Shown here piece by piece: positions 36,445 through 40,000 of a stretch of DNA of 40,000 nucleotides (the first letter of the stretch is position 1; each line of letters begins with the position of its first letter). Below the pieces are notes generated by a model that did not search any database, was not told where the DNA came from, and saw only the letters and a list, made by a program, of their open reading frames with translations. Source of the stretch: Halosimplex carlsbadense 2-9-1 (GTDB taxonomy: Archaea; Halobacteriota; Halobacteria; Halobacteriales; Haloarculaceae); the NCBI RefSeq assembly GCF_000337455.1, contig NZ_AOIU01000031.1, positions 20,872 through 60,871 on the forward strand. Reading direction: 5' to 3'. Position numbers and translations under genes: made by a program.

Positions 36445-37419
36445 ATGGAGTACACGACACTCGGATCGACCGGCGTCGAGGTCAGCCGCATCTGTCTCGG
36501 TTGCATGAGCTTCGGTTCCTCGGACTGGCGCGAGTGGGTCTTAGACGAGGAGGAAGGCGTCGAACTCGTCGAGCGCGCCCGCGACCTGGGTATCAACTTC
36601 TTCGACACCGCCAACATGTACTCGCTCGGCGAGTCCGAACGGGTCCTCGGGGAGGCCCTGGAGGGCCACCGTGAGGAGAGCGTCGTCGCCACCAAGGGCT
36701 TCTTCCAGATGGACGACGACGACCCCAACTCCGGCGGGCTCTCGCGGAAGGCCATCGAGCAGGAACTCGACAACTCCCTGGAGCGGCTGGGCATGGACAC
36801 CATCGACCTGTATCAGATCCACCGCTGGGACTACGACACGCCTATCGAGGAGACGCTTCGAGCGCTCGACGACGCCGTCCGCCGCGAAAAGGTCCGCTAC
36901 ATCGGCGCCTCGTCGATGTGGACCCGCCAGTTCGCCGACGCGTTGCACGCCAGCGACCGGCTGGGTCTGGAGCGGTTTCAGACGATGCAGAACCACTACA
37001 ACCTCCTCTATCGCGAGGAAGAGCGGGAGATGCTTCCCTACTGCGAGCAGGAAGACGTTGGTGTCATCCCGTGGTCCCCGCTGGCACGCGGGTATCTCAC
37101 CCGACCCCACGAGGAGTACGACGCGACGACCCGCGGCGAAACCGACGACTACGCTCGCGAACACCCCTACTTCGAGGGCGGCGGGAAAGAGATCAACGAG
37201 CGCTGCGAGGAGTTGGCCGAGGAGTACGGCGCGACGATGGCCCAGATCGGGCTGGCGTGGCTGCTCGACAAGGACTGGGTCGACGCGCCAATCGTCGGCA
37301 CGACCAGCATCGAACACCTCGAAGACGCCGTCGAGGCGCTGGATATCTCGCTCTCGGCGTCCGACACGGAGTACCTCGAAGCGCCCTACGAGCCGGTCCG
37401 GGTGTCCGGTCACGATTGA
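36445..37419 (+). CDS. aldo/keto reductase
   Basis: In-frame 3' part of ORF 35998..37419. MEYTTLGSTGVEVSRICLGCMSFG..., INFFDTANMY, IDLYQIHRWD, RYIGASSMW. Confidence 0.9.
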   Translation: MEYTTLGSTGVEVSRICLGCMSFGSSDWREWVLDEEEGVELVERARDLGINFFDTANMYSLGESERVLGEALEGHREESVVATKGFFQMDDDDPNSGGLSRKAIEQELDNSLERLGMDTIDLYQIHRWDYDTPIEETLRALDDAVRREKVRYIGASSMWTRQFADALHASDRLGLERFQTMQNHYNLLYREEEREMLPYCEQEDVGVIPWSPLARGYLTRPHEEYDATTRGETDDYAREHPYFEGGGKEINERCEELAEEYGATMAQIGLAWLLDKDWVDAPIVGTTSIEHLEDAVEALDISLSASDTEYLEAPYEPVRVSGHD

Positions 37420-37515
37420 GGCTCGGGGAGTGACACCCAGCCCGGCGACCGGAACTGGCCGTATCCGCGCGCGGTGCCGATACCACTAAACCGCGCCCGG
37501 CCCACGGGTGATTCG

Positions 37516-38196
37516 ATGACAGATCCCCGTGACGACGGCGACGGCGCCGACCCGTCCACAGAGGGCGTCGCTGCCGACGCGGAGTCGGACGGCGAGCCCC
37601 GGGTCGGCGCCGACCGGTCGCCGTCGGACGACACCCCGGTCGCCGAGGACCCGGCGACCGACGCCGACGACCGCCCGGTCGCGGAGTCCGTCGAGACGCC
37701 GGGCGAACCGCGGACGCTCGACCCCACGGTCCGGGTCGAGTGGATCGTCGGCCCGCTGTTCGGCGCCCTGCTGACGGCGGCGGTCGCCGGGTTCATCACC
37801 TGGGCGGTCGCCGCCGAGTACATCCCCTACGACCGGACGACGAGCGCGGTCGCCGTCGGTGGCGGCCTGTTCGTCCTGTTCGCGGTGTACGGCGCCGTCC
37901 GCGCCGTCTTCCTCTACCGGTCGTGGCGTTACGTCGTCCGCGAGGAGTCGCTGTATCTCACACGCGGCGTCCTCACGCGCGTCCAGACGGTGGTTCCCTA
38001 CGTTCGCGTCCAGCACATCGACACGCGCCGCTCGGCGTTCGAGCGCGTCCTCGGGCTCTCGACGCTGGTCGTCTACACCGCCGGCTCCAGGGGCGCCGAC
38101 GTGACGATCCCCGGACTCACGCCCGACACGGCTGAGGACCTCCAGTCCCGGCTCGAACGGCTCGCGATCGCCTCCGAGGACGAAGACGCGGTGTGA
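37516..38196 (+). CDS. bacterial-type PH (bPH_2, YdbS-like) domain membrane protein
   Basis: Inside ORF 37474..38196. Acidic N-terminus and two TM helices, then [57 protein letters not shown]. Confidence 0.75.
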   Translation: MTDPRDDGDGADPSTEGVAADAESDGEPRVGADRSPSDDTPVAEDPATDADDRPVAESVETPGEPRTLDPTVRVEWIVGPLFGALLTAAVAGFITWAVAAEYIPYDRTTSAVAVGGGLFVLFAVYGAVRAVFLYRSWRYVVREESLYLTRGVLTRVQTVVPYVRVQHIDTRRSAFERVLGLSTLVVYTAGSRGADVTIPGLTPDTAEDLQSRLERLAIASEDEDAV

Positions 38197-39956
38197 CTCC
38201 TATGAGCGACGACTCCACAGGGGACGACCCGACGCCGGACGCGGACGACCGCTCGACCGGCGACCCGCCGGCCGACCGCCACGATCGGGAGACCGTCAGC
38301 GAAGCGGCGGCCGAGGACGTCGAGAGCGGGGGCGCCTCGCCGACGACGCCGCGTATCGCGGGCCCACAGAAGCTGAACGTGCTGACGATCCCCTACCAGA
38401 TCGCACAGCAGGGAGTCAGCATCGCGATCGCTATCTTCGTCTTCGGTGGCGGCAGCGCCTCGGCGCTGTTCGGCTCGGGGCGGAGTTTGCTGGCGATCGG
38501 CGCGATCGTGGCCATCTTCCTCGGAATCGCGGCGTTCGTCGGCTACTTCGTCGCCCGCTATCGGCGCTTCGAGTACGAGCTCACCGCCGACACCTTCGAC
38601 ATCAGGTCGGGCGTGCTCTCGCGGCGCAACCGGGAGATCCCGCTGCGGCGCATCCAGAACGTCGACATCAGCCAGAACGTCGTCCAGCGCGCCCTCGGGA
38701 TCGCCGAGGTCGGCCTGGAGACGGCCGGCGGCGGCGGCACGGAGGCACAGCTCCGGTACGTCGGCGTCGACGAGGCCGAGGCGCTCCAGTCGGAGATCAG
38801 CCGGCTGAGCCGCGTCGCGAAGACCGAGGACGGCGAGACGGCCGCGACCGACGAGGAGCGCTTCGACACGGTGTTCTCGATCACCGAGCGCGAGCTGGGG
38901 GTCCTCGCGCTGATCTCCGTCGACCTCCGGATCGCGTCGTTCCTCTTCTTCGGCGCGTCCATCTTCGCGCCGTCGGCGGCCTCGATGGCCCAGCCGGACA
39001 ACTGGTGGGAGTACGGCTTCGGGCTCGACAGCCTCGTCGGCGCGTTCCTGGGGCCGCTGGCCGCACTGGGGGCTATCGCTGCGCTCGCGCTCGTCTCCGG
39101 CGTACTCAACGCGGCGCGCTACTACGGTTTCACCCTCGACCGCGGCGAGGACGAACTGCGCTACGAGCGCGGGCTCCTCCAGAAGTATCGCGGTACGATC
39201 CCCCTGTCGAAGGTCCAGACGCTGACCCTGGAGGAGAACGTCCTCGCGCGGGCGCTGGACTACGCCGCCCTGACCATCGAGACGGCGGGATACACGCCGA
39301 CGAGCGGGGAGTCGAACGGCTCCCAGTCGGCGATCCCAGTCGCCGAGCGCGACCGCGTCGTCACGCTGGCTCGCTCGCTGGAGCCGTTCGACGACTCGAC
39401 GCTCGAACGCCCGCCCAAACGGGCGCGGCTGCGCTACGGCTTCCGCTACGCCATCGGTCTCGCGGTGATCGTCGCCCTGCTGTACGCCGGGACTGCGTTC
39501 ACGGACTTCCAGCTGTACTGGTACGTCCCGCTGGTCGCCGCGCCGCTCGTGCCCGTCGCCGCCCATTACAAGTGGAAACACCTCGGGTACGCGCTCGGCG
39601 AAGACCACGTGGTCACTCGCAACGGCTTCTGGGTCCGCCGGCAGAAGGTCGTGCCGTACCACCGGGTTCAGACCGTGTTCAGCTCGCAGACGGTCTTCCA
39701 GCGCCGCCGCGATCTGGCGACGGTCACCGTCGACACCGCGGGCTCCCAGAGCATCACCGGCCAGGACGCCCAGGCCGTCGACATCGACGCCGAGACGGCC
39801 GAACGAATCCGCGAGGCGGTCTCCGACGAGCTCTACGGGGCGCTGGCGCGTCGGCGGCGGGACGGCCGAACCCGCTCGGGCGCGGGCGAGACCGGCGGCT
39901 CCAGTCGTGCCGGTCCGGGGTCGCTGGGCGACGGGAGCGGTTCACCGGGCGACTGA
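38193..39956 (+). CDS. triple bPH_2 (YdbT-like) domain membrane protein
   Basis: ORF 38193..39956 with a GTGA overlap (alternative ATG at 38202). Three TM-pair plus PH units: ...[27 protein letters not shown]..., ...[27 protein letters not shown]..., ...[27 protein letters not shown]... Confidence 0.75.
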   Translation: MTPMSDDSTGDDPTPDADDRSTGDPPADRHDRETVSEAAAEDVESGGASPTTPRIAGPQKLNVLTIPYQIAQQGVSIAIAIFVFGGGSASALFGSGRSLLAIGAIVAIFLGIAAFVGYFVARYRRFEYELTADTFDIRSGVLSRRNREIPLRRIQNVDISQNVVQRALGIAEVGLETAGGGGTEAQLRYVGVDEAEALQSEISRLSRVAKTEDGETAATDEERFDTVFSITERELGVLALISVDLRIASFLFFGASIFAPSAASMAQPDNWWEYGFGLDSLVGAFLGPLAALGAIAALALVSGVLNAARYYGFTLDRGEDELRYERGLLQKYRGTIPLSKVQTLTLEENVLARALDYAALTIETAGYTPTSGESNGSQSAIPVAERDRVVTLARSLEPFDDSTLERPPKRARLRYGFRYAIGLAVIVALLYAGTAFTDFQLYWYVPLVAAPLVPVAAHYKWKHLGYALGEDHVVTRNGFWVRRQKVVPYHRVQTVFSSQTVFQRRRDLATVTVDTAGSQSITGQDAQAVDIDAETAERIREAVSDELYGALARRRRDGRTRSGAGETGGSSRAGPGSLGDGSGSPGD

Positions 39957-40000
39957 GGGGCCGGCCGCGCCGAATGCGGTTCCGACGCACCCGACGGCCG

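Noticed and set aside
33625-39662. Long minus-strand ORFs 33625..35424, 35156..36460 and 38073..39662
   Set aside because: They are Arg/Asp/Gly/Pro-rich and antisense to membrane-protein genes whose frames show clear TM helices.

Overview
This is a very GC-rich archaeal segment. The acidic proteins, Thr/Pro-rich secreted linkers, GTGA/ATGA start-stop overlaps and T-rich TATA-like boxes about 27 nt before many start codons (leaderless layout) point to a haloarchaeon (class Halobacteria). That assignment is inference from the sequence only. I support about 45 protein genes, one tRNA-Glu(CUC), one probable pseudogene and one candidate 25-aa micro-ORF. Recognisable content, in order: MaeB-type malic enzyme; a sugar-acid cluster (beta-hydroxyacid dehydrogenase, xylose-isomerase-like TIM barrel, mannonate dehydratase, SMP-30 lactonase); an aminotransferase; a long FKBP PPIase; a DUF4129/DUF58 four-gene operon; a MinD-like plus P-loop-less KaiC-like pair; pyrBI; Mn-catalase; a Nudix hydrolase; the archaeal RNase P/proteasome/SBDS 'superoperon' remnant; an ABC exporter with a permease-protease fusion; an aldo-keto reductase; and a YdbS/YdbT-like PH-domain pair. 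I saw no CRISPR array, IS element, transposase, integrase or rRNA. The window looks like core chromosome, and I cannot point to a convincing new multi-gene system. The most unusual signal is non-coding. Two colinear, diverged copies of a palindrome-rich intergenic element lie at about 23.07-23.77 kb and 31.72-32.10 kb. The first copy carries a regular train of perfect tri-loop hairpins. Secondary candidates are the MinD-like/pseudo-KaiC pair, a nucleoside-2-deoxyribosyltransferase-like protein paired with a wHTH regulator, the MoxR-less DUF58 operon and the ABC-2/PrsW-like fusion. Most long ORFs in the track are high-GC shadow frames and were rejected.
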